Source: Dictyostelium discoideum (taxonomy: Eukaryota). From it: a DNA stretch of 64,000 nt. A model generated the notes under the pieces. That model worked only from the letters and a program-made list of their open reading frames with translations, had not been told where the DNA came from and made no database searches. The stretch covers positions 2,592,001 through 2,656,000 of the forward strand of contig CM000153.2 in assembly GCA_000004695.1 (NCBI GenBank), read 5' to 3'. Made by a program: the position numbers and the translations under genes. Positions 46,887 to 60,916 of this stretch are shown piece after piece (position 1 is the stretch's first letter; every line of letters begins with the position of its first letter).

Positions 46887-49800
46887 TATTAGATCAGGAA
46901 ATAGTATCAAAAGATTGGGGATTTCAAAATTTATATGAAACATTTAAAAGTGAATTAAATCAAACTTTTCAATATAATATGACATTTATTCAAAGTGAAG
47001 ATTGGTTATTAGTCTATTCAAAAGATTTATCAATTTCATTTGTTACAAGTTTAAGAGAATCATTTTTCTCAACAGATGTCGTAGGTTATTATGCAATAAG
47101 GATAGAGGATAGTGGTGTATATTCTGAAGGTGATGAGCCCATGTTTACCTTTAATCAGACATTGTATACCTATTACAATACATCCTATTATTTAACATTT
47201 ACTGTATCAACTACCATGGCAAATTTTGCTATGGAAATTAATTTCAATGGATATATTTATAAAGAAATTTCAGCTTCACAAAATACATTTGATAGGACAA
47301 CCTATCAATATTATATTGATGCATCATCGTTTACGCATCCAACTACAAGTTTTGCATTACTAATAACCTATGCATTTCAAGAAGAGATTCCAGTGATATA
47401 TGTGGAGAATATTAATTTCATAAAACAACCAGGTGATCAATTGACTGAAGTGTACGTTTCAAATCAAGGTAGTGATATAATGGGTATTGGTACGGCTGAT
47501 AGACCATTTTCATCGATTCAACAAGCCATTGCATTTGCTAATATATATAATAGTTCAAAAATTATTTTAGAACCTGGATTTTATTGTGGTATGGGTAATA
47601 GTTATATAGATCCCTCTAGTGCTCAAAACCTTCAAATAATTTCTCAAGATAGTAATAATAAAGCAGTGATTTCAGGTGAAGGTCAATTAATTCAAGTTGA
47701 ATTCACATCTGTTAGCGAATATGGTTTCTCTAATAATATAACCTTTGAAAATTTAATTTTTGAAAATTCTAGTACTCGTATTGGTGGCCAATCTATTAAT
47801 ATCGAAGGTAATTGTTCACTTAGATTTATTGGTTGTGAATTTCAAGATCATTATGGTGAATCGGTAATATCAATTAATTATCTTCGATATGCAATCTTTT
47901 ATCAAACCACTTTTTATAGACATAAACAATATGCAATTCAATCGATTGGTGTTTTTGATGAATATAGCTTACTCATTGAAAATTGTATATTCAATTCTAT
48001 AAATAGTTTAAACCTTTTAAATATTGAAGCGGTTTATATAAATAATGCAATATTCAACTATGATCTCAATGAAAATACAAATACTGGACAATGTCCAATC
48101 CTATTGGATATGATAGGACGTTTAGAAATTCAAAATTCAACCATTAGTACAGCGGTTTGTGTTTACAGAACTTTACTTAATGCTGCCTATTTATCATTTT
48201 ATGGTCAACCAAGTGATATATTCACTCAATCAGCTTTCTTGGCATTAAATTCAGATATGACATTAACAGATTCTTATTTTACACACAATGGAAATCTATC
48301 TAGTAGTTTATCAGCTTTTGAAGGTTTTTTAAAACTAAGGGATACTATTTTTAATAATACCCTTTCAAAATCTTCCATTCAAGTTGAAGGTGTTGAGATT
48401 GAATTTAAAAACCTAACATTTAATGAAGAAACAAATGCTTTAATTTGTTCAGGTTCACAAGGTAGTTTACATTATATAGAATTGATAGATACTGGTTCTT
48501 TAATGACCCTTACAAAATCATCAATCTCCATATTGGGTTCAAATTTCTATGGAAATTTCAATCCTAATAATATTGTAAAATCAACACTAAGCACTATCAA
48601 TTGTTTTTTCATGGATGGTACATTTACATATTTTTCAATTATCACTTCAACCTACAAAGATTTTAATAGTACTTTTGAAAGAAATACTTTTGGATTATTT
48701 TCAACTGATGGTCCAACAAATATAACATTAACTTCAAGTTTCTTTTCAAATAATCAATATAAATCATTAATAAAATTAAATGAACTTGCAACTGCAGTAA
48801 TTACCAATTGTACATTTAGTGAAAATTATAGTTCAGATGTTGGTGGAATTATTCAAATGCAAGGATCAAGTAATGCCATTGTTTCATCGAGTTTATTCTA
48901 TAACAATTCTGGTACTTTTGGTGGTGTAGCTTATATTGGTTCTTCTTCTTCGTTAAGTTTTTATAATGTAATAGCGTTTGATAATCAAGCTTATAAAAAT
49001 GGTGGTGTAGTTTGTTTAGATAGTTCATCAGGATCACTTTTAATTAGTGGTGGTAATTTCTCAAAAAATGTTGCTCAATTAGGTTCATTTATCTATTACT
49101 ATGGTAATTCAATGAATATTCATAATGCAACCTATGGAACTGATCAAACGATTGTATTGGGTCAAGTATTTATGGATGTTGATACTGATATAGAGTCAGT
49201 GGTTGAAAGTGGTGGTTTCTATCAAATCAATATCACATTTGTCAATAATAAAAAACATCCAGTTAGTGATTATAGATTCGATAAAACTAAAAAACTTTTT
49301 CTATCACTTGGTAGTGTTGTAATGTTTTCAATTGATTTCCCAAAAGATGCTTATTTAATTATACCACCATTCCAATTGATTGGTATAATTGGTAGTAAAC
49401 AAACTCTTTATATTACTTCAGATGCTTCCACTGTAACAAGTTTTAAAATTCAATTTAGTTTTGAACCTTGTGATATAGGCTATTATCCAAATGAACAAAA
49501 TACACTATGTATACCATGTCCATACAGTACGGTTGGTACCGATGGTTTAGAATGTCAAGCTTGTCCACAAAATGCTGAATGCTTTGGTGCAACAAATATA
49601 GTTGGTTTGGATGGATATTGGATCGATTATAATAACTCTTTGACTCAAGTTTATCAATGTCCATCGGGAGTTTGCTTTTTAAATTCAACCGATTATAATA
49701 CAACTTGTGCAGATTTTAGTACTGGTGTTTTATGTGCAAGTTGTATTGATGGTTATTATAATTGTGGTTCAGGTTGTAAAGAAGAAACTTCAATAAATAA

Positions 49801-51148
49801 ATTAGTATTGGCAACTAAAATCATAATGTTTATAGTACTGGTAGTTACACAACAATTATCTAATGATGACTCGGGTTTAGTTACGATTGCACTTTACTTT
49901 TTACAAACATTGGTAGTAATTTCATCAGGAATTAAATTTAGTATACTAAATTTATTCAGTGGTGCAACATCATCACATGCTGGTAAATCCGATGGTATTT
50001 TATCATTTTTAAATGATTGTATCGGACCATATGGTTTCTATTGGAATCATTATTTTGTAATTCTTCAACCAGCTTTCCTATTATTAATTTTGGCTTTAAT
50101 TATTCTATTGGAATTTTCATTAAGAAAAACTAAAATTATTTTTAAAATACCACTTGTAAAGGATATAATTGAAACTTCAGATAAAGAATTTAGAAATCGT
50201 CAATTCTCTGCATTTGTAAAAGTTTGTATGAATTCCTATGGTCCCTTTGCCACTGAAGTTTTATTAATTCTCTTTTGTAATCAAGTTGGTTCCTATTATC
50301 TTTTAAATGCAAATCCAGAGGTTCAATGTAGTGGTGATCAATTTTATAAAGCAAAAACTGTAACATGTGCTTTAATAGTAACTCTTGCTATTTTTCCAAT
50401 TATTATCTTTGTTTTACTCTATCGTCATAGACATCGTTTAAATGATAAAGATATCGAAAGAAAGTTGGGTGTTTTCTACTTAAAGTATACACCAAAACTT
50501 TATTTTTGGGATGTAACCTTACTTTTGAAAAGACTTTCCATAGTTGCCGTCTCTTTGTTACCATTTGATTCAAAATTCCGTTCAATCTCTTTAGTTACAC
50601 TTGGTTTATTATATTTATTCATTCATTTGAAATTTCAACCATTCAGATCAGATCAAGATAATAATTTGGAAACGGTTTCTTTGGTACTTTTATTCATTTC
50701 TTGTATTTACCTTGATAATGGTTTATACGAAGATACCGAACAATACATTCTAATCATATGTATTATTGTATTCTTAATTGCTGCAATTAAATTCCAATCA
50801 AAATATTTAGTAAATGAATTCAATAAGAGTGTTTATCCAATTTTAAAAACTATTTGGAATAAAGTTTTCTCTTCCAATTCAAACAATGATCCCGATGATG
50901 ATAATAATGAATATAAAGTTGTTTATAATACCTATGGTGATGAAGAAGAAATTAATAAAGATCAACAATTTAGTTATGATTCAATGCGTAATATTATTAA
51001 AGAAGTTGATAAAAAAGGTACATTTTATAATTTTGAAAGAAAAAATGAATCTCAAGTTTCTTCAATTTCTTCAGTTTCTTATTCTTATGATGATGATGAT
51101 GATTTAATTGATGTTTTTGGTAATTCAATTTCAAAAAGAAGAAATTAA
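46616..51148 (+). CDS. Giant (about 1470 aa) surface protein B, paralogue of A: signal peptide, beta-helix repeats, Cys-rich EGF/TNFR-like module, about 9 TM helices. Two exons: join(46616..46766,46893..51148).
   Basis: Exon 1 MNNFIIIISIFLLFFSNQIYS.. (signal peptide) ends TGC A|GTGAGT. Acceptor ttattattag at 46891-92 restores the frame of ORF 46979..51148 (N QEIVSKDWGF..). Cys-rich module CIPCPYSTVGTDGLECQACP..GYWI..GVLCASCIDGY. The C-terminal region has 8-9 hydrophobic helices. Confidence 0.75.
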
Positions 51149-51290
51149 AATTTTTTTATAATAAAAATAATTAATAAATTTAAATAAATTATTTAAATAT
51201 TTAAAAAAAAAAAAAAAAAAAAAAAAATAGAATAAATTATTTAAATTTTTTTATTTATTTTATTTATTTATTTTAATTTTTTAATTTATA

Positions 51291-51576
51291 TTAACAATCA
51301 TAACAACATTCTTCATTTGCATGAGGTACTTCAGTTGGATCAAGACCCATTTGTTTCATTTTAATGGCAATTTCAAATAAATAATCAAAACATTCGCACA
51401 TTGTTTTTGCTTTAACCCAATCTGGTCCCCAAACATAAACACCATGTCTTCTAACTAAAACTGCATTTGCATTTGGATATTTTTCCATTGCTTTGTGCTT
51501 AAAAAAAAAAAAAAAAAAATTAAAAAAAATTAAAAAAAAATTAAACAATCATAGTTATAAAATTAGAAATCTCCAA

Positions 51577-51616
<40 letters not shown>

Positions 51617-52175
51617 CCAATCATACAATAAAAAAAATAAAAAAATAAAAAATTTTTAAAAAAAATAATAAAGAATTAATAATTACCATTCTTTCTTTTA
51701 AATCTCTTTCATGTGGAGTATTTTCAATGATTGGAATAACTAATCTATCAAAATATTGTAAATATTTAGCATTTTCACCATGACCAGAGAGAATACCTTT
51801 AATCATTTCTTGATGAGTAATAATGAATTCAGTTTGATAGAGTAATGTCACCATAACTGCATGTTGACTATGAGTATGAATTACAGCACCAGCATCTCTA
51901 TATTTATAAGCATTGAAAAACAATGGTGTACATTGACTTGCTTTTAATTTCTTTTCAGTTGGAGGTGTTGAGATCTCATTTTCATTTTCATCCATAACGA
52001 AAATATCTTCTCCAAGGATTCTCTCTTTTTGTACACCTGATGCTGCAATATAAATCTCTTTATCACGTTTAATTGAAATACCACCACCTGTACCTGTAAC
52101 CCATCCATTACCATAAAATAATTTACATAATTCTGGTATTAAAACTCTTGGATGTTCTGAATCAAAATTTGACAT
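51291..52175 (-). CDS. mtnB: Methylthioribulose-1-phosphate dehydratase (class II aldolase/adducin fold, methionine salvage; APIP/MtnB). Two exons: complement(join(51291..51497,51687..52175)).
   Basis: ..[70 protein letters not shown]|[47 protein letters not shown].. is collinear with MtnB/APIP. Donor ATG|GTAATT, acceptor ttttaag at 51499-98. Confidence 0.85.
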
Positions 52176-52493
52176 TTTATTTATTTATCCGACTTTTTTT
52201 TTTTTGTAAAATTAAAAAATAAAAAAATAAAAAAAAATAAAAAAGTGAAAGTAAAAAAAAAAAAAAAGCGAAAAATAAAAAAAAAACAAAAATTAAAAAT
52301 AAACCACATATCACACAACAGAAAATAAAAAAAATTAATTTTTTAAATAAAATAATAATTTGGGTAAGGAATTTAATAAGGAGAGCTTAATAGAAAATAA
52401 AAAAGTGAAAAAAAGAGGAGTCGCATAAAATTACTTTAATGCTGAAATTTTTTTTTTTTTAAATTTACATAATTTATTTTATTATTTTTTTTT

Positions 52494-54023
52494 TTAAGAA
52501 GATGAATCAATTGGAACACCTGGATTAATTGGAGTAATTTCACCATTAGAAACTGGTGTATAAGTATGAGTATCTACTTTTTTCTTTAATTTTCTTTTTT
52601 CAAAACAAATTCTAAAACAACAGACTATACCAGAGCATAATAAAACAAAAGCAACACCAACGAAAACAAAGTTTAAGGCGGATACAGTATTTATATATTG
52701 TTCATAGTAGTTACAATTTTTAGAAAAGGTTGGCATATATGAAAATGTTTCATCACCTCTAAAAGTGGATTTATGAGTTTTTGAACAAACAAGATAACTA
52801 TATTGAGAGGTATAAGTTTGTTGGAAGGTGAGTAAATAGCCATAAAAATTTGAACCATCGGAATTGATTATAAAACTAATATTTGAAGAGATGAGATTTA
52901 ATCTAAGACTAATGTCAGAGTTTACAGCATAGATAATACCTTGATCAGTTTGTTGTTGTTGTTGGCCGTCCAAGGAGATGGTAGAATTTGAGATTGTAGC
53001 AAAAGATTTCTCAATATCTAAAACTGGGAAGTCTTGATTCCAAGAGTTTGCTTGATAGTTGAAGACAGCCTCATTGTTTCTAAAATCAAGGAAACTACCA
53101 AAACTAATTAAGAATTGAGCACTATCAAGTGTTCCAGCGAAACTACTATCTCTAATGGTGATTTGTGAGTTTTCAAAAATAAAGAATGGTTTGGAGACAA
53201 CTAAAATGTCACTCATTTGAATGTTTGAAAATGAAATTTGAGATCCACCAATTGGGAAGAGTGTTTCACTTGCAATGACCTTTGTGAAATTACAACTATC
53301 GACAGTCAATGAAATTGGGTATTTTAGTGAGTAAACCAATGAATTTGCGAATGTTGATGTATAATAGTCATTACCAAATTGGGAATTAAAGAAACTAATT
53401 GAAATTGATGGTGTTGATGTTGCCGCGTCAATTGCCAAACTATCGGACCAACCATTATTTGCATCATCCATATCCACATATTGGCCATCGACATAAATAA
53501 GGTCAGCTACTAGTCCATATGGAATTGAAACTTGGTTAAATTCAATATTAACTTGACCGGCTTCATAATATCCGAATGGATCAATATGGATCAAACCATC
53601 AGTACGAATTCCTGTATAGGTTGGATTTACAATTTGAATACCATTGAAATAAAGATTGGTATTTGCTGGTGATGATGTCTGATAAATGTTAAACATTGGT
53701 GTTGAAAGATTGCTTACAAAGCTAACCATCTCATAACTATATTGTAACGCTGCATTAAATGTTACATTTAAAGCTGTTACATTCTGTGATGTTAAAGTGG
53801 AATAGCTTCCAACTAAGAAATTTAATACCAATGGATAAGATTCTCCATAACTATATTTATAAGAATTTAATGCACCATCAATTGTTTTACATGGTTGATA
53901 AACACCACATTGATAATTATCAATACCTGTTGATGTTGATACTGTAAGTTGGGTAGTTTGTGAATTTACAATTGAATTTAAAAATATTAAATTTATTATT
54001 AAAATTATTAAATATTTAATTTT

Positions 54024-54026
<3 letters not shown>
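52494..54026 (-). CDS. Type-I membrane glycoprotein of unknown function, 510 aa, single exon, paralogue of 56206..57720.
   Basis: Signal peptide MKIKYLIILIINLIFLNSIVNSQ, Ser/Thr/Asn-rich ectodomain with many N-x-S/T sites, single TM FVFVGVAFVLLCSGIVCCF, short basic cytoplasmic tail. Confidence 0.6.
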
Positions 54027-54059
<33 letters not shown>

Positions 54060-54441
54060 CTATAATTATTTTTATTTTATTTTTTTTATTTTTATTATTA
54101 TTATTATTTTTTTTTTTTTGTTTAGAAAAAAAAAAATAAAAAAATACAAATATATATTATATATAAATAAAATAAATTAAAAAGTAAATAAACAAAAAAA
54201 AAAAAAAGTTGAAAAAAAAACAAAAGCAAAAAAAAAAAAAAAAAAAAAAAGTTGATTGTCTCTCAAATTTTCGCAAAGTTTTTTTTTTTATTTTTTCGTA
54301 ATATTTTGGAAAAAAATATCTCTCTTGAAAATCTGGTTGGTGGGTTGAAAAAATGTTTTACTCAAAAAAAAAGAAATTATTTCAGATTTTTTACAAGAAA
54401 TTATTATTATTATTATTATAATAACTATTATTTATTAATAA

Positions 54442-55519
54442 CTAATTTAAATAATCCTTTATTAAATCCATTGATTGTTGATAAAGTTGTTTTCCAATTT
54501 CTTTATTATAAGAAAGTGAGCTTGAATTTATGATTTTAGTATCATCAAAGTATTTTCCAGATATTGATTGATATTGATTTTCTATAGCACATTTAACGAT
54601 TGCTCTTGCACAATATTCAGCAGATTTAAAAATTTTATGATATAAACGATCCAATGGAAAAGGTAAATTAACGATTTCACTTGCGAAAATACCTGGATGA
54701 ATTGCATTTATTGTTGCTTTATTTGTAATATTTTCATTTTCAACACTATTAATTAAACTATCCAAATAATAGGTTGAATAAATTTGAGCCAATTTACTTT
54801 GACAATAAGTTTGAAAAGTATATGATGTATCATTAATTAAATTTTCTAATGAAAATCCACCCAATGAATGAACTGATGATGAAATATTTAAGATACGTGC
54901 TTGATTTTCCATTAAATTTTTAAATAATAATTGAGTCAATAAGAAATGACCTAAATAATTAGCCAAAAATTGAGTATTGAATTGATTTCCACCATTTTTT
55001 GTGATTGGATTATTCCATTTTTTATCTTCCCATAACCACATAATACCTGCATTATTAATGAGTATATCACATTTTAATTTTTTAATATTTTGAAATTGAT
55101 TAACAAACTCTTTAATACTACCAAGTGAAAGTAAATCTAATTTCATAAATTCTAATTTATCATTTTCACAATTTGAAAATTCAAATACTTCTTTAATTGC
55201 TTCCTTTGCTTTCAATTCATTTCTACAAGCAAAAATAATATGTGCTCCTAATTTTCCAATCTTTTTTGCAATTTCTTTACCTAATCCTGCATTTGAACCT
55301 GTAATAATTACAACTTTACCTTTTAAATCATATTTATCATATTCCTTTTTTTTTTTTTAAAAAAAAAAAAAACAATAATTAATTAATTTTCCAATTTATT
55401 TCAATTATTGATAAATAAAATAAAATAATTACAATATCTTTAGTTGGAGCAAATAAACCCATACCAAAATAAAAAATTATAGTAATTAAAATTACTAATA
55501 AAATAATAATATAATACAT
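54442..55519 (-). CDS. Short-chain dehydrogenase/reductase (retinol-dehydrogenase-like) with an N-terminal TM anchor. Two exons: complement(join(54442..55344,55433..55519)).
   Basis: Exon 1 MYYIIILLVILITIIFYFGMGLFAPTKDI with donor ATT|GTAATT. Exon 2 EYDKYDLKGKVVIITGSNAGLGKEIAKKIGKLGAHIIFACRN..ILINNAGIM..YCQSKLAQ.. carries the TGxxxGxG, NNAG and YxxxK SDR motifs. Confidence 0.8.
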
Positions 55520-55550
55520 GTATTAAATTAAAAGAAAACACTTGTTTGAT

Positions 55551-55592
<42 letters not shown>

Positions 55593-55597
55593 AAAAA

Positions 55598-55642
<45 letters not shown>

Positions 55643-56205
55643 AAAAAATTAAAAAAAACTTTCTAAACAGTATTGATTTAATAAATAAAAAAAAAAGATA
55701 TTTAACAAAACAAAATAAAGAAATAAATTATTCATATATCTCAAATAAAACAAATACTAAAGTTGATAGATATTATTATTATCTTGAAAAAAAGAATATT
55801 CTTTTACTAAATTTCCAAAAACACTCAAAAATATGGGATCAACAATTACCTCACTTTTGGATATTTTCAAAAAAAAAAAAAAAATTTTTTTACGAAAAAC
55901 AAAAATAAAAAAAAAAAAACATTATGCGAAAATTTGAGACAATAACTTTTTTTTTTATTATTTTTTTTTTTTTTTTCATAATCAATTTTTTATTTACTAT
56001 TTTCCTTTTTTTTTTTTTTTTTTTATTTTCTTTTTTTTATACATGTAAATAAAATAAATAATAAATAATAAATAATAATAATAGTAATAATAATAATAAT
56101 AGTAATAATAATAATAATAATAAATATCAAATATATAACTATATATAATTTTTTTAAATAAAAAAAAAAATAAAATAAAATAAAATAAAAATAAAATAAA
56201 TAAAA

Positions 56206-57720
56206 ATGAAAATTAAAATATTATTGATTTTAATATTAAATTTAATATTTTTAAATTCGGTTGTAAATTCGCAATATGCTAGAAATTATTATGTTGCAAC
56301 CAATGGTACAGATTTTAATTCTTGTGGACAAGCAATATCACAAGCATGTGCAACACCAGTTGGTGCAGTGAATTCATTTAGAATTCAATTTGGTTATTAT
56401 TCAAGTAATGTTTATCAATTGTTAGTAAACTTTGGAAGTGGATATCAATGGAATGGTGGAAATTCATTAACATCAGTCTCTCTCAACAATTTAAATGTTA
56501 GCTTTATCGGTGCACCAGATGGATCTACATACTTTTATAATAGTTATTCCGCTTTACCATTATTTAATATAACAAGTGCAGCAACTCAAACAACCTATAT
56601 CACCTTCACCAATATTACTTATGGTACACCAAATTTTGGTTGTTATCATAATTATCAATATAATACACTCGCCGCATCATTATTATTAATTACACCAGCT
56701 TATTATTATTCAGTAAATAACTATATCCTATTCAATAATTTTACCATTAGTTGTAAAACCATTGACATCCCAATTGTGGCTACCAATGGTTATGGTTATA
56801 CTTATTTAGGACCAGCCTCAGAAGATTATAATGATTATTTCACTGGTTCCCTTTCATCCTATAACCCAAACACTTTCATAACATTCAATGGCATGTATTT
56901 CAACCAAACAGCAGCCTATTCGAAAGCTGGATATACTTTTTCATTCAGTTCACAACTTGTAAACGTTCCATTATTCCCAACAAGTGTTTCATTTGTAAAT
57001 TGTGTTTTGATTTTGGATGATGTTAATTTCTTATCAACTCAATCATTTATCAATGTTGGTCGTGGTAATTTAATCATTGATAATTCCACTTTCATCGTTT
57101 CATCATTTTCTAGCAATCCCCCACCATTCTTGAATGTTACATCTGCTCAAGTCGATATCACCAATTCAAATATAATAACCGAAGGTTATATGATTAGCTT
57201 CTTATCATGTCAAGGTTGTTTCTTTAAAGCTGACAATATCAACTATACTTCATTAAGTATAACAAGCTCCTCCGTACCATTTAGTTTCATGTATGCTTCT
57301 GCCTCTTTCTATAATTCTCGTTTAATTTCCTCTCAATACGGCGGTGTCATTAGTGCCGTTGATTCTCAACTCGCCTTAAGATCCAATATAATTTCTTCTG
57401 GAAAAACAAATTCTGTCAATCTTGATAAATCCAACGCATTCATTTATGGAAATACTTTCCCCTATTATTACAAGGTAAATTCATTATATTACAATTCATA
57501 TTCAACTGTAGTCTATTGTTCCTCTGATTCTGAATCTGATATCGTCGGTGATTTTTTAGTTGGTTCTTACACTGAAAATTGTTCAAAATATACTAAAGAC
57601 TTTAAATTAAAATGGTATTTTGGTTTCCTTGCTGTTGGTATTGTTGGTACACTTTTTATTTACATTTTCCTTGCTTCAACAATTGCTATAATTAAAAGAT
57701 GTGGAGGTGGTGATAATTAA
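56206..57720 (+). CDS. Type-I membrane glycoprotein, 504 aa, single exon, paralogue of 52494..54026 in inverted orientation.
   Basis: Near-identical signal peptide MKIKILLILILNLIFLNSVVNSQ, Ser/Thr/Asn-rich ectodomain, TM WYFGFLAVGIVGTLFIYIFLASTIAII, short tail KRCGGGDN. Confidence 0.6.
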   Translation: MKIKILLILILNLIFLNSVVNSQYARNYYVATNGTDFNSCGQAISQACATPVGAVNSFRIQFGYYSSNVYQLLVNFGSGYQWNGGNSLTSVSLNNLNVSFIGAPDGSTYFYNSYSALPLFNITSAATQTTYITFTNITYGTPNFGCYHNYQYNTLAASLLLITPAYYYSVNNYILFNNFTISCKTIDIPIVATNGYGYTYLGPASEDYNDYFTGSLSSYNPNTFITFNGMYFNQTAAYSKAGYTFSFSSQLVNVPLFPTSVSFVNCVLILDDVNFLSTQSFINVGRGNLIIDNSTFIVSSFSSNPPPFLNVTSAQVDITNSNIITEGYMISFLSCQGCFFKADNINYTSLSITSSSVPFSFMYASASFYNSRLISSQYGGVISAVDSQLALRSNIISSGKTNSVNLDKSNAFIYGNTFPYYYKVNSLYYNSYSTVVYCSSDSESDIVGDFLVGSYTENCSKYTKDFKLKWYFGFLAVGIVGTLFIYIFLASTIAIIKRCGGGDN

Positions 57721-57919
57721 TTATTAATTAAAAATAATTAAGAAAAAAAAAAAAAAAAAAAAAAATATAAATATTTATATTTTTAAATATAATTATTAAA
57801 AAAAAATTTAAAATAAAAAACTAAAATTTTGTAAAAATAAAAAAAAGATAAAATAAAAAAATTAAAAAATATTAATTCATCACTTTCTTTTATTTTTTTT
57901 TTATTATTTTTTTTTTTTT

Positions 57920-59674
57920 TTAAACTCTTTTAATTAATTTCAATGAATATTCAGTTGGTCTTACACTAACACTTAAAATTAGATTTTCTGGTAATGGTAA
58001 ACAATCAATGGAGAACATTCGATAATTTAATATTAAATTTGAAAGAAATATATGAATTTGATTCATTGCAATTGTTTGGCCAATACAATTTCTTGGTCCA
58101 ATTCCAAAGTTTAAAGTATCTGAAACTTTTGAATTTAAAAATCTATCTGGTTTAAATTCATTTGGATCTTTATAATTATTTTCATCTAAAGAAAACCCTT
58201 TAACATCCATCAAAATATTAGTATTTGCAGGAATATAATATTTATTATCACCAATTATCATTTCATTTATTGATTTTCTGAAAAAAAAATTATTATTAGA
58301 TTTTTAATATTAAATTATAATTTAATTATAATTATAATTACCTTGGTAGTGATAATGGTGCAATTGGCTTTTTTTTTTTTTTTTTTTTTTGTATAAATAA
58401 AAGTTTAATATTAGAAAAATAAATATTCCTTTTTTTTTTTTTTTTTTTAAAATTTTTATAAAAATACATACATATAATCTATTAGTTTCTTTTATAAATG
58501 AATTAAGAAATGGAGTATTGATTTTATCATTTGCAGTTATTTCTGATTTATTTAATTTTTTTAATTCTTGGAAAATAAGTTCTTGAAATTCTGGATTATT
58601 TACTAATTTTAAAATAATCCATTCTATAGTAGAACCGGTTGTATCTGTACCTGCCATTAAAAAATCAATACATATACTTTTAATATTTTCAATTTGTTTT
58701 TCATTTAAACCATTTTCATCTTCATTGATTGTCATAATTAAAGAATCTAATAAATCATTTGCTTTAAAATCATCACTTGTGAAATCAATTTCTTTAATTC
58801 TACTATTAAATTTTTCAGTGGCAATTTTTGAAAGAAAAGAATTTTTATCTAAAATTTTTGTAAATTTTAATAAAATTGGTTGAAAAATTCCAAGAAAGTC
58901 ATAAATTACATTATATACATTTAATGAATTTAATAAATTTAATATTGTTTTAAATATTAATTTGAATTCTGTTGAATCTGAATATAATTGAAATGATTTA
59001 TTTTCATTAAAAATCATTTTAAACATTACTGTTAATGTTAAACTTTGAAAATAAAATCTTGTATTATTAATAATAATTGATTTATTTCCATCATCATCAT
59101 CATCTTCTTCTTCTTCATTTTTTATACCATTTTTTTCAAAGAAATTAAAAAGTTCCTTTGATTTTAATAGAATGAAGTCATTCATATCCTTATTTAATAC
59201 TTTTTTATATGATTTCATAATTAATTCTTTATTGCTATCCCAAATATCACCATTACAACCTATAATTCCACGACTATCATCTCCTGTCATTGTTTTAAAT
59301 GTTGCGATTCTATTTTTAAAATTTTCAAAATTTTCAATATACATCTCTCTAATTAATTTATAATCACTAACTACAACATAGTACGTCCCTCCGAGCCACA
59401 TTCTAAATATTCCATGATATTTTTTACTAATAATAGGTATAGTTAAATGTGCATCCTTTCCAACCTGGTGAATGTTTCCTAAAATTGGTACTGGTGTAGG
59501 TCCTGATAAACTTAATGAATTTTGATTATCTGCTTTATAATACTATTTTTTTTATTAATACTAATTTTCTTTTCTTTTTTTTTTTTTTTTATATATAATT
59601 TTATTTTATTTTATAATTACTTTAACCGAGTAATAAAATAATATTAAAAAAAAAATGAAAAGAAGTAAATCCAT
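57920..59674 (-). CDS. Cytochrome P450 monooxygenase. Four exons including a 26-nt exon: complement(join(57920..58277,58342..58367,58472..59542,59621..59674)).
   Basis: MDLLLFIFFLILFYYSVK|YYKADNQNSLSLSGPTPVPILGNIHQ.. has an N-terminal anchor and a Pro-rich hinge. ..FLMAGTDTTGSTIEW..ETNRLY|PIAPLSLPR|KSINEMIIGDNKYYIPANT..FKPDRF..FGIGPRNCIGQTIA shows the I-helix, ExxR, PERF-like and Cys heme-ligand motifs. Donors GTAATT, GTATGT, GTAATT. Confidence 0.85.
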
Positions 59675-59888
59675 TTTTTTAAAATTTTATTGTTTTTGTT
59701 ATAAAAATTTGGATAATGAATTTTTTTTTTTTTTTATACGAATAATAACAATAGAAATAAAAAAAAATTATTTTATATTGTTTTTTTTTATATTAAAATA
59801 ATAATAAAAATTATTTGATATTGTTTTATTTTTTTATTATAATGATAATTAATAAAAAATTAAAGTATAATAAAATAAATAATAACAA

Positions 59889-59951
<63 letters not shown>

Positions 59952-60370
59952 TTATTTGATATGTTTTTTTTTTTTATTGTAATTAATAATAAAAAAAAAA
60001 AAATAAAAAAAATGTTTCAAAAAATATCTATTAAGTTCATTAAAATAAGTTTTGGGCTTAATTAAGAAAAAAAAAATATTAATAAATTTAAATCAATTAA
60101 AATGTATAAGAAATAAAATTTAATTTTTTTAAATATATTATTATTTTTAATTATAATTGAATTATATTTATTTATTTTGAATTTTCCTGAGAAATTTTGA
60201 CTTTTTGACTTTTTTTTTTTTTTTTACGCTTTTTAATCTTTTTTTTTTTTTTTTTTTATTTCTTCAATTTATTTATTAAACCTGGATTTCGAACTTTCAT
60301 CTTTTGAGGTGGGATGAGGGACATAATTAATAATAATAATAATTTAAAAAATTTAATTTATTTAAAATTA

Positions 60371-60406
<36 letters not shown>

Positions 60407-60916
60407 AAAAAAAGAATAAAGTTATTTGAGATATTATAAAATAATAGTAAAAAAAAGAAAATATTAAAATTTTTTTGAAATATTCAATGGTATCTTTTTT
60501 AAATCACGTGCTTTATTGTTATAAAATAAAATTAGGAAAATAATAACGTGATTTTGATACAAAATAATTTAATTTTATTGATCGTTTATTATTATTTTTT
60601 TATATTTTAATATTTTATATCATTTAATTTTTTTTATTTTTCTTCAATTTGAAACAAATATTAACAAAAAGAAAAAATCTCAACATTATTAAATTGTTTG
60701 GGTCCACGATATAATATAATATGAAAAAAAAAAAAATATGAATTTGCTTTTTGAATTAAAAAATTATAAAAAAATTAAAATAACACTAATTTTTTATGTT
60801 GCTTTGTATTGAATAAAAAAAAAAAAAAAAAACATAATAACTTTTAAAATAAATTTTATATTTATATTAATATTTCGACTCAATGATGAGTATTTTATTT
60901 TTAAATAGTTTTACAA

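Noticed and set aside
60281-60325. tRNA-like B-box resemblance (gttcgaaatccagg) in an intergenic region
   Set aside because: It has one extra base relative to the GGTTCGAATCC consensus. There is no complementary T-stem, no A-box and no acceptor stem in the surrounding 90 nt. It is at best a degenerate fragment.
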